A stretch of DNA of 32,000 nt, taken from Dickeya solani IPO 2222. Lineage in GTDB: Bacteria; Pseudomonadota; Gammaproteobacteria; Enterobacterales; Enterobacteriaceae. How positions within the stretch are numbered: the stretch's first letter is position 1; every line of letters begins with the position of its first letter. The position numbers were made by a program, and so were the translations under genes. The notes under the pieces are model-generated. The model saw nothing but the letters and a program-made list of their open reading frames with translations, did no database searches and was not told the origin of the DNA. The stretch is taken from assembly GCF_001644705.1 (NCBI RefSeq), contig NZ_CP015137.1, positions 1,890,001-1,922,000 on the forward strand, in the 5' to 3' direction. Positions 12,174 through 19,391 of this stretch are shown here, one piece after another.

Positions 12174-13076
12174 TTAAAGCACCCAGCGACCACGCTGTTC
12201 CTGAGGCACCACCGAAACGGGATCCTGATGAATGATAACGTCTGAACCGGGGAAACGCTTGAGCAATGCCTGCTCCAGTTCGTCCGCAATCTGATGTGAT
12301 TCCACCAGCGGCAGGTTATCCGCCATTTCGAGATGCAGTTGGATAAAGCGGGTCGGGCCTGAACGGCGAGTGCGCAGCTGATGCGCGCCGCTTACGCCCG
12401 GCCATGAGGACACGATATTGATGATTTCTTGCCGCTCCTCGTCCGGCAAGGCCCTGTCCAGCAACGCCTGAATAGCCTCATACGCCATTCGCATCGCACT
12501 GCCTAAAATATAGACGCCGATCCCCAACGCGAACACCGCATCGGCCCAATCAATACCTTTCCAGCTCAGCGCCAGCGACAGCAAAATCGCGCCATTCATC
12601 AGGACGTCCGACTGGTAATGCAGCATATCCGCCCGCACCGCCTGACTGTGGGTCTTGCGGATCACCCAACGCTGGAAGCTGACCAGCACACCCGTCACCA
12701 CCAGCGCAATGATCGTGATCCACATCCCCAGTTCAGGCCCTTGCAACGGCTGCGGATTAATCAGATGCTGGGCGCCGGTCAATAACAAAAACAGCGCCGA
12801 ACCGGAAATGAACATGCTCTGCGCCAACGCAGCCAGCGACTCGGCTTTGCCATGCCCGAACGTATGTTCCGTATCGGCGGGTTGCAGCGAGTAACGCACT
12901 ACCAACAGATTGACCAACGACGCCGCGATATCCACCAGCGAATCGACCAGCGACGCCAGCAAACTGACTGAACCGGTGTACCACCAGGCGTACACCTTCA
13001 TACCAAATAACGATAACGCCGTGGCGGTAGCCAAAAAAGCGGCTGTCGTCACCAGACGTGCGTAATGAGAATTCAT
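12174..13076 (-). CDS. fieF: Cation diffusion facilitator (Fe/Zn efflux) FieF
   Basis: 300-aa ORF with six predicted TM segments and CDF motifs ([25 protein letters not shown]). It is syntenic beside pfkA. Confidence 0.95.
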   Translation of the reverse strand: MNSHYARLVTTAAFLATATALSLFGMKVYAWWYTGSVSLLASLVDSLVDIAASLVNLLVVRYSLQPADTEHTFGHGKAESLAALAQSMFISGSALFLLLTGAQHLINPQPLQGPELGMWITIIALVVTGVLVSFQRWVIRKTHSQAVRADMLHYQSDVLMNGAILLSLALSWKGIDWADAVFALGIGVYILGSAMRMAYEAIQALLDRALPDEERQEIINIVSSWPGVSGAHQLRTRRSGPTRFIQLHLEMADNLPLVESHQIADELEQALLKRFPGSDVIIHQDPVSVVPQEQRGRWVL

Positions 13077-13205
13077 ACACTATTCCATCAAAACGAGGGG
13101 GCCAGTATACCGAATTCTGACGCTGGAAAACCGTGACACTTTATTTTCGGTTTCCCGATAAATTCCGGTTTCCCAGCATAAGCACGGCGTTCAATGATGA
13201 CAGGT

Positions 13206-13676
13206 TTATGGCTTGCGCAAGATTTTCTGCAACCGCTCCTGTTCCCAGCGCGACCAGCGATCGCGCAGCCAGAAAACCCGCGCCGCCCGGACCACCAGCA
13301 AACCGCCCCAAATCAGCAATGGCCATAGAAACCAGCGCGTTTGCGGGTTGACCAACAGATTGATGGCAAACAACAGCGCATTCACCGGTACAAACAGCAG
13401 CAGGCTGCGCCAGAAACGGCTCTCCTGCCCAACCTGCGTTCTGGCCTGCTCGATACGCTGCGCCAGCGATTCACCGCTCACCGCCTGCTCGCTGTCCTCC
13501 TCCATTAACGCCGTCACATTAACGCCAAACGCGGCAGCAATGGCGCTGAGCGTTTCCAGACTGGCGCGTTCCCCATTTTCGATTCGCTGGATGGTTCTGA
13601 CGCTCAACGCAGACAATTCAGCCAGTTGTTCCTGAGACCAGGCGCGAGCAAGACGCTGTGATTTGATCGTGTTCAT
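13206..13676 (-). CDS. XRE-family HTH regulator with a C-terminal two-TM membrane anchor
   Basis: The N-terminus RLARAWSQEQLAELSALSVRTIQRIENGE is a Cro/C1-type HTH. The C-terminal half has two hydrophobic segments (2TM-like). The start is placed at ATG 13676, preceded by AGGAG; the ORF track begins at 13757. Confidence 0.8.
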   Translation of the reverse strand: MNTIKSQRLARAWSQEQLAELSALSVRTIQRIENGERASLETLSAIAAAFGVNVTALMEEDSEQAVSGESLAQRIEQARTQVGQESRFWRSLLLFVPVNALLFAINLLVNPQTRWFLWPLLIWGGLLVVRAARVFWLRDRWSRWEQERLQKILRKP

Positions 13677-13878
13677 GATGTACTCCTGTTGAATTAAACC
13701 CCGCAAACAGCCTGCGCCAGCCCCTTTCAATACACCACGACAGTAACCGGACAGCAACCCGACAGTTGCCCGACATGCCCCGGCAACCGCGCCATCACAC
13801 GGATTTCACCTGCCGGCATGGACATCACTTCAGATGACGGGGAAAATACTGACTACCAGATATACGCCGGGAAACCTC

Positions 13879-14343
13879 ATGAAACGCCGACCTGCCTCAC
13901 GCCTGCTGATCCTCGATCCTGAGCAACGGGTGTTGTTATTCCTGTTCCATCATACCCGGGATGCCCTTGCCGGGGAGCGTTATTGGGCGACGCCGGGCGG
14001 CGCAGTGGAAAGCGGAGAAACGTTTGAGCAGGCGGCGTTGCGTGAACTGTGGGAAGAGACCGGCATCCGCCGTCAGGATCCCGGCCCCTGCCTCGCCGCC
14101 CGAACCTTTAACATGGCGATGCCCAACGGGGACACCGTGATTGCCGATGAACGGTTTTTTGTCATCCGCGTCACGGACAGCGCCATCCACACTGACGCAT
14201 GGACAGCACATGAACGGGAAGTGATGCGGGACCACCACTGGTGGAGCCGCGATGAACTGCTCGCCACGCAGGACCAGTTCTATCCGGAACAACTGGTTGA
14301 GATGCTGTGGCCGGCTACGGGCGAGGCATTCCTATCCAGTTAG
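13879..14343 (+). CDS. Nudix hydrolase
   Basis: Nudix box GGAVESGETFEQAALRELWEETGI. The start is placed at MKRRPASRLLILD (ATG 13879); the ORF track begins at 13834. Confidence 0.85.
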   Translation: MKRRPASRLLILDPEQRVLLFLFHHTRDALAGERYWATPGGAVESGETFEQAALRELWEETGIRRQDPGPCLAARTFNMAMPNGDTVIADERFFVIRVTDSAIHTDAWTAHEREVMRDHHWWSRDELLATQDQFYPEQLVEMLWPATGEAFLSS

Positions 14344-14960
14344 GAAGCCGGGGGAACAGGCCAGCTGATAGCTGGGGCACTGGCTGGGTCGGTGCGGTTT
14401 AACCGCACCAGATAGGTTTTCCAGTCTTTCAGTGCCTGTGTTTCCTGTTCGGTGGCAATATCCAATTCCTGCGCGTAAGTCAGCTCACGGATACGGTCAT
14501 GCGCCGTCTGACGCCGCATATCGCATTCCTGTCGGACTGCCTGCACCTGACTTGCCTGATGCGCCGCCGTATCCGTTACCCATTGCACACCATCCCAGCG
14601 GTCAAATTCGCTCGCTGGTGGCAACAAGGTCAAGTTGGCGGGTAACGGCCCCAGCTCACTCACCACCTGCGGCCGGCGCATCTGCGTATCGTAGGCAGTC
14701 TGCCCACGGAGATCCGGTACCTGTTCCCAACATAGGCCATCGGACGAACGGCGCAGTGCCTGTCTTTCCGCCACGGGCTGAGGCGGTTCATCGGCATAAC
14801 TGTGCGCCGGAATCCCTGTTCCCAACATCAGATATTCCTCGCTGCTACCATAATATTCACAGGTTACCGTATCCGCGTGATACACCCGTAGCCAGCCTGC
14901 CTCGGATGCCAGCCCATCCGCCGCCAGCACCGCGCGCGTTTCCTGCGTCGACACCACCAT
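14340..14960 (-). CDS. Phage tail-fibre assembly chaperone (Tfa / P2 gpG-like)
   Basis: About 206 aa with a pattern typical of Tfa proteins (YYGSSEEYLMLGTGIPAHSYADEPP, then a C-terminal region with W..Y...L.R). Its ATG overlaps the TGA of the upstream fibre gene (TGATG). Confidence 0.85.
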   Translation of the reverse strand: MVVSTQETRAVLAADGLASEAGWLRVYHADTVTCEYYGSSEEYLMLGTGIPAHSYADEPPQPVAERQALRRSSDGLCWEQVPDLRGQTAYDTQMRRPQVVSELGPLPANLTLLPPASEFDRWDGVQWVTDTAAHQASQVQAVRQECDMRRQTAHDRIRELTYAQELDIATEQETQALKDWKTYLVRLNRTDPASAPAISWPVPPAS

Positions 14961-16078
14961 CACGCAGCCCTCACGATGTAGTTAAAGGCAAGGTTACGGG
15001 GGCGTGCAACACCACAATAGGGATAGGGATCAGTTGCCGTTTGACCAGACACAATGTTAACTCGGATTGACGGATATTTGGCCGAGGTCAGTTCCGCGGT
15101 ATCCCAGCCTACATTGGCTTTTGTCGTTGCTTCGCCAACATTATTCAACGTCGCCATGTTCACATTGTTGGCAATATCGCCAACGATGAGTGATCCCGTC
15201 TGTGCTGACAAAATAGCGCGCCCGGCATCTACTCCTCGCCCATCATCCCAGCCACGAATAAATTCGCCGCGCAAATCCGGCAATACACCTGACGGATAGA
15301 CGACCGCCAGCCGTGGATACCGATTTTTATCAAACGCTTGACCGTTACATTTAAGCCAGCCCGCCGGGGCGGTAGCCTGCGGCCACGGCAATGGAATACC
15401 AACGATGTCATTAATATCCAGTTTTAGTTTGACGCTGTTGCCTGTTTGACCTGATAGCAAATTAATAGCGCCAGCAACAAACGCAGTGGTTGCCAGTTGT
15501 GTCGTATTGGTTCCTGCCACCGCTGTCGGCGCGGTGGGATTGCCGATTAACGCTGGGCTGGCAATCGGGGCATATTGCTTGTGCGGGTTGGCAGCCGCGA
15601 CGTGATCCGTTAACAGCGTGTCGGCATAGCGCCGCGTCGCCAGCGCCACTGTCGGATCAATATTCAGTGTTACCGCATCAGTACGGCTGACAATCAGAAT
15701 CATGCGCACCGTCTGTATCCGGCCCGACCCTTCCTTCAATTCTGGCTTATAGGTTTCCGGGCAGTTACCGACCGCGATCAGATTACCGTCCACATCGTAC
15801 AAACCGATTTCACGCAACCAGAACCCACCTTCATTTTCTGGAATCACTTGTTCGGCAATAATCTGGTTAGCATTGTTAGAATCAACAGTGAGCGAATTAA
15901 TTTTCCCGCGCCGTTTTTCATTGATCAGTTTGACCTGACTCGGGTCCGGCACCAACAGCGCACCGCCCCCATCTCCCACCCCCATCTGGGTAATTTCCAG
16001 TGGTTTTCCGGTCGAAATCGCTTCAGCCAATTTGAGCTCACCGACTCGGGTGAGCAACGTAAAGTATTTAATACCCAT
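14960..16078 (-). CDS. Tail fibre 1: P2 gpH-like N-terminal module plus a phage tail-collar C-terminal domain
   Basis: The N-terminus MGIKYFTLLTRVGELKLAEAI..LEITQMGVGDGGG..GGFWLREIGLYD resembles the P2 gpH / DUF3751 attachment domain. The C-terminus carries the collar motif PAGWLKCNGQAFDKNRYPRLAVVYPSGVLPDLRGEFIRGW. The start is at ATG 16078. Confidence 0.88.
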   Translation of the reverse strand: MGIKYFTLLTRVGELKLAEAISTGKPLEITQMGVGDGGGALLVPDPSQVKLINEKRRGKINSLTVDSNNANQIIAEQVIPENEGGFWLREIGLYDVDGNLIAVGNCPETYKPELKEGSGRIQTVRMILIVSRTDAVTLNIDPTVALATRRYADTLLTDHVAAANPHKQYAPIASPALIGNPTAPTAVAGTNTTQLATTAFVAGAINLLSGQTGNSVKLKLDINDIVGIPLPWPQATAPAGWLKCNGQAFDKNRYPRLAVVYPSGVLPDLRGEFIRGWDDGRGVDAGRAILSAQTGSLIVGDIANNVNMATLNNVGEATTKANVGWDTAELTSAKYPSIRVNIVSGQTATDPYPYCGVARPRNLAFNYIVRAA

Positions 16079-16160
16079 AGTTTCTCTCATCAAAATTACT
16101 TACCTGGGAAAGTCATACGACTTCGAGGGTGTGCTACTCATGAAAGAAAATGAAACGCTA

Positions 16161-16263
16161 TTTTTTTCAAGCGATTCATGCTCGTTATCATCGTGAACAA
16201 CATTATGCTATATGCCTGAGGAAATAACGCGATATGAGAGGTGTGGCATTCATGACACAACAG
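16161..16263 (-). promoter_or_regulatory. Conserved element A: candidate Ogr-type late promoter for fibre 1
   Basis: One of four homologous elements. On the gene strand it has CATAAT (complement of 16202-16207) with no -35, and a perfect TGT-N12-ACA dyad at 16242-16259 (-64..-47). Confidence 0.4.
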
Positions 16264-16303
16264 AGAAAACACTTAGAATGAGTGACTAATACTTTTTCTT
16301 GCC

Positions 16304-16333
16304 AAAAAAATGGTCTCAATCATTAATGAGACC
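16304..16333 (-). terminator. Rho-independent terminator of fibre 2
   Basis: On the minus strand, hairpin GGTCTCA-TTAATGAT-TGAGACC is followed by ATTTTTTT, about 80 nt after the fibre 2 stop. Confidence 0.7.
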
Positions 16334-16415
16334 AATGAATAAAAACCTAAAAAATGAATATCAGAAAAGAGAATAAGACAGAAAAATCCTCATAAACTCA
16401 TCATCAACCAGAATC

Positions 16416-17702
16416 TCATATAGCATATTTAGATATGGCAATAATAACCGTCGCATTTCCTGATGTTGCGTTACTCGCAGAAGCTACGATATGTCCCTCA
16501 TCAACAATCAGAATATCAGCATAATTATTTGACACCTCCATATTTGCAAACACATAATTTGTTGCCTGCTGACCGGAAACAGGACTCAGATTACTAGACA
16601 CTGTTATGGATAAAAGGCCATCTGCCGTACTACTCTGCCGTAATACCCCACTAATAGTTCTTGTATTCAATGGAATGAATTTACTAACGGGAATATCAAT
16701 ACCTGATGTATTTGGCAATCCAGAATAGACTCTTGTTCCAGGAATATGCACCTGCCTTCCAAAGACAGATAATACGGTAAACTTACCCGCCTTGACCGGC
16801 ACAACCGTCAATAATGCCGATGCTGCGTATCCATCCGGCATACTGGCTCCATTATAGATCTCCGGCAATTTAACTGAGGTGGCGTTAACCGCGAGCAAGC
16901 CAGACAACATCGTTACCGGATTATAAATGGCATAAATCCCGACAAACCCTTCATCAGGGACCGTTCCGGTATCCATCCCCCCAACGCCATTTTTTGTCAG
17001 ATCGATCGTCTTCTTGAATAAACCAATTCGATATTGGTTTCCCCCCAGAGCAGTTCCAACAATTATCTCATCGGCAGTAAATGTGGCGCTGGAAGAAGCG
17101 GAGGGAATATTCATCGTGGCATTTCGCGTCATGCCAATTACACCGGAGAATGAGCTCCTCACACCCAAATTCTCTATAAACTGAGCTTTATTCGTAATAT
17201 CCGTACCATTTTGAGCTTTAGCCAGTTTTCCGTCAGCCATGTTATCTACATACTGCCGGCTAGCCAGCACCACCGCCGGGTCGATTTTCAGCGACACCGC
17301 ATCAGTCTGACCGACCGCCAGAATCATGCGTACCGTCTGCACGCGGCTGGAGCCTTCCTGCATCTGCGGTTTATAGGTTTCGGGGCAGTTGGCCACCGCC
17401 ACCAGATTGTCATCGGCGTCATACAAACCGATTTCACGCAGCCAGAATCCACCTTCATGATCCGGAATTACCTGCTCGACAATAATCTGATTGGCGTTAG
17501 TCGGGTCGATACTCAATGAATTGATCAGCGCGCGCCGTTTTTCGTTAATCAGTTTGGTCTGTGCCGCATCCGGTGTCGGCAGCGTGCCACCAGCGTCTCC
17601 CACCCCCATTTGGGTAATTTCCAGCTGTTTTCCCAGCGCAATCGCATTCGCCAGCCTGGCTGCCCCCACCTGGGTAAGCAGAGCGGTATATTTTGTGCTC
17701 AT
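16416..17702 (-). CDS. Tail fibre 2: P2 gpH-like N-terminal module with a different, chaperone-less distal part
   Basis: 428 aa from MSTKYTALLTQVGAARLANAIALGKQLEITQMGVGDAGG, the gpH/DUF3751-like start. The ORF track extends 26 codons further upstream into the leader. It is about 95% identical by eye to fibre 3, except for the last 116 or so codons. Confidence 0.85.
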   Translation of the reverse strand: MSTKYTALLTQVGAARLANAIALGKQLEITQMGVGDAGGTLPTPDAAQTKLINEKRRALINSLSIDPTNANQIIVEQVIPDHEGGFWLREIGLYDADDNLVAVANCPETYKPQMQEGSSRVQTVRMILAVGQTDAVSLKIDPAVVLASRQYVDNMADGKLAKAQNGTDITNKAQFIENLGVRSSFSGVIGMTRNATMNIPSASSSATFTADEIIVGTALGGNQYRIGLFKKTIDLTKNGVGGMDTGTVPDEGFVGIYAIYNPVTMLSGLLAVNATSVKLPEIYNGASMPDGYAASALLTVVPVKAGKFTVLSVFGRQVHIPGTRVYSGLPNTSGIDIPVSKFIPLNTRTISGVLRQSSTADGLLSITVSSNLSPVSGQQATNYVFANMEVSNNYADILIVDEGHIVASASNATSGNATVIIAISKYAI

Positions 17703-17898
17703 AACGTGTCTCATCAGAATTAGCGATAAAGGGACCCATGCAAGGGTATGGAACAGATACCGCCACGCCTGTCGATACACGCTTTTCCAAGCGATTTCAG
17801 CCCGTTGTGGCAGTGGAGGACATTATGCTGACGAGCCAGCAAAAACGCGCGTCATAGGGGTTGGCGCAGTCATGGCACAACAGCGTGAAGAAAAGGCA
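16765..17898 (-). repeat. Direct repeat copy 1 (about 1.13 kb): fibre 2 body, leader and promoter element B
   Basis: Near-identical to 19741-20865 with one 9-bp indel (DGK). Homology ends at 16765 on the 3' side and at the IS boundary on the 5' side. Confidence 0.85.
17781..17883 (-). promoter_or_regulatory. Conserved element B: candidate Ogr-type late promoter for fibre 2
   Basis: Almost identical to element D. It has CATAAT (complement of 17822-17827) and a TGT-N12-CCA dyad at 17862-17879, with the same spacing as A and D. Confidence 0.4.
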
Positions 17899-17977
17899 GT
17901 GTAAGTATCCCGCTAAACCGAACCATTCATTTTTAGAGATCTTCCGACATACTGTTTATGTCCTCGAGGAGATCACC

Positions 17978-18244
17978 ATGCGTAAAGCCCGATTCACTGA
18001 GCACCAGATCATCGCCGTTCTCAAGTCCGTCGAAGCCGGACGTACCGTCAAGGATGTCTGCCGCGAAGCCGGCATTTCCGAAGCCAGCTATTACAACTGG
18101 AAAGCGAAGTTTGGTGGTATGGAAGCCTCTGATATCAAAAAGATGAAAGATCTGGAGGATGAGAATCGCCGTCTGAAACAGATGTTTGCCGATCTGAGTC
18201 TTGAGAATCGGGCATTAAAAGACGTCATTGAAAAAAAGCTTTAA
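17978..18244 (+). CDS. IS3-family transposase OrfA (HTH)
   Basis: MRKARFTEHQIIAVLKSVEAGRTVKDVCREAGISEASYYNWKAKFGGM is typical of IS3/IS407-group OrfA. GAGGAG precedes ATG 17978. A leucine-zipper-like C-terminus ends at the slippery site 18232-18238. Confidence 0.9.
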   Translation: MRKARFTEHQIIAVLKSVEAGRTVKDVCREAGISEASYYNWKAKFGGMEASDIKKMKDLEDENRRLKQMFADLSLENRALKDVIEKKL

Positions 18245-18249
18245 AACCA

Positions 18250-19089
18250 GTGATAAAGCGTGAGCTCGTCAGCTATCTGACGGCGGAATTTACGATGAGC
18301 ATCCGCCAGGCATGCAGGACGTTATCACTGAGCAGGACGGTATTCCGTTATCAGCCGGATACGCGACGTGGTGAGCCGGTGATTATGGCACTGACCGTGG
18401 CGGCTGAACGCTATCCGCGATATGGATTTAAAAAGCTTTTTCAGGTAATTCGCAGGCAGGACAATATCTGGAACCATAAAAGAGTTCACCGGATTTACTG
18501 CCTACTGAAACTGAATTTTCGCCGTAAGGGAAAGCAACGTCTGCCGGTGCGCAATCCGGCTCCGCTGGCGACGCCGAAGGCACTTAACCAGAACTGGTCG
18601 ATAGATTTTATGCATGATGCGCTGATCTGTGACAGACGCTTCCGGACCTTCAATGTGGTGGATGACTTTAACCGCGAAGCGCTGGCGATTGAAATTGACC
18701 TGAATATCACTGCGCAGCGGGTCGTTCGGGTACTTGACCGAATCGTGGCAAACCGCGGATATCCGATGAAGATGCGTATGGATAACGGGCCAGAGCTGAT
18801 CTCGCTGACGCTGGCACAATGGGCAGAAGAGCATGGTGTGATGCTGGAATTTATCAGGCCCGGCAAGCCAACGCAAAATGCATTTATCGAGCGCTTTAAC
18901 CGGACGTACCGGACAGAAATACTGGATTTTTATCTGTTCAGAACGCTGAATGAAGTACGGGAAATAACAGAGCGCTGGCTGACTGAATATAACAGCGAAC
19001 GGCCTCATGAATCCCTGAATAACCTGGCGCCGGAAGAATACCGGCTGATGACTGAAAAACCGGATATCTCAAAAAGTGCGTGGAATTAA
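18250..19089 (+). CDS. IS3-family transposase OrfB (DDE integrase domain), probably made as an OrfAB fusion by -1 frameshifting
   Basis: DDE motifs WSIDFMHD, MDNGPE and NAFIERFNRTYR are present. The frame is -1 relative to orfA and stays open back to the A AAA AAG heptamer. Confidence 0.9.
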   Translation: MIKRELVSYLTAEFTMSIRQACRTLSLSRTVFRYQPDTRRGEPVIMALTVAAERYPRYGFKKLFQVIRRQDNIWNHKRVHRIYCLLKLNFRRKGKQRLPVRNPAPLATPKALNQNWSIDFMHDALICDRRFRTFNVVDDFNREALAIEIDLNITAQRVVRVLDRIVANRGYPMKMRMDNGPELISLTLAQWAEEHGVMLEFIRPGKPTQNAFIERFNRTYRTEILDFYLFRTLNEVREITERWLTEYNSERPHESLNNLAPEEYRLMTEKPDISKSAWN

Positions 19090-19150
19090 AACGGGTGCAC
19101 TTACAACACAACACCGGTATGAAATGCTTATGAAAGAAAATGGAATACCA

Positions 19151-19269
19151 TATTTTTCAAGCGATTCATGCCCGTTGTTATCGTTAACAACATTATGCTG
19201 AACGCTTAACGCAATAACGCAATAACGCAATAACGCAATATAGGAAGCGTGGTGTTTATGGCACAACAG
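19151..19269 (-). promoter_or_regulatory. Conserved element C: orphan, spacing-altered copy of the promoter-like element
   Basis: It has the same blocks as A (CATAAT is the complement of 19192-19197, and CTGTTGTGCCAT the complement of 19258-19269). The spacing between dyad and -10 is 16 nt longer, and the element is followed by the IS rather than by a gene. Confidence 0.35.
19207..19238. repeat. Perfect octanucleotide tandem repeat (TAACGCAA)x4
   Basis: Read directly: four contiguous identical 8-mers inside element C. Confidence 0.95.
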
Positions 19270-19307
19270 AAAAAACTCTTAGCTTGTGTTACCCATCACA
19301 TTCTTTA

Positions 19308-19337
19308 CAAGAAAATTGCCTCATTTATTAATGAGGC
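19308..19337 (-). terminator. Probable rho-independent terminator of fibre 3
   Basis: On the minus strand, hairpin GCCTCATT-AATA-AATGAGGC is followed by AATTTTCTT, about 55 nt after the fibre 3 stop. Confidence 0.6.
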
Positions 19338-19391
19338 CAATGAATAAATCTAGAAAAAATTAATTTTATAAAAAATCGGCCTACTCATAGA

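Larger units (their letters stand above)
17900..19105 (+). mobile_element. IS3-family insertion sequence (IS407-group-like), apparently intact, 1206 bp
   Basis: Termini are TGTAAGT... and ...ACTTACA (TG/CA ends, imperfect IRs). It has orfA and orfB in 0/-1 frames with an A AAA AAG slippery site. The boundaries coincide with the loss of homology to the duplicated fibre module. Confidence 0.88.

Noticed and set aside
16140-16196. Small plus-strand ORFs starting ATGAAAGAAAATG in the AT-rich spacers: MKENETLFFSSDSCSLSS at 16140-16196 and MKENGIPYFSSDSCPLLSLTTLC at 19130-19201.
   Set aside because: They have no RBS, different lengths and different stops, and no counterpart in elements B and D. 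Their nucleotide conservation is better explained by the promoter and leader on the opposite strand.
17703-17780. 26-codon N-terminal extensions of fibres 2 and 3 in the ORF track (MYRQAWR.LFHTLAWVPLSLILMRHV; also 20670-20747).
   Set aside because: P2 gpH-type fibres start at MS.KY.., as fibre 1 does here. The extension lies in the conserved leader and is not matched in fibre 1.
19207-19238. The octamer array or other short tandem repeats as a CRISPR array.
   Set aside because: The units are contiguous 8-mers with no spacers. No repeat-spacer architecture or cas genes occur anywhere in the window.
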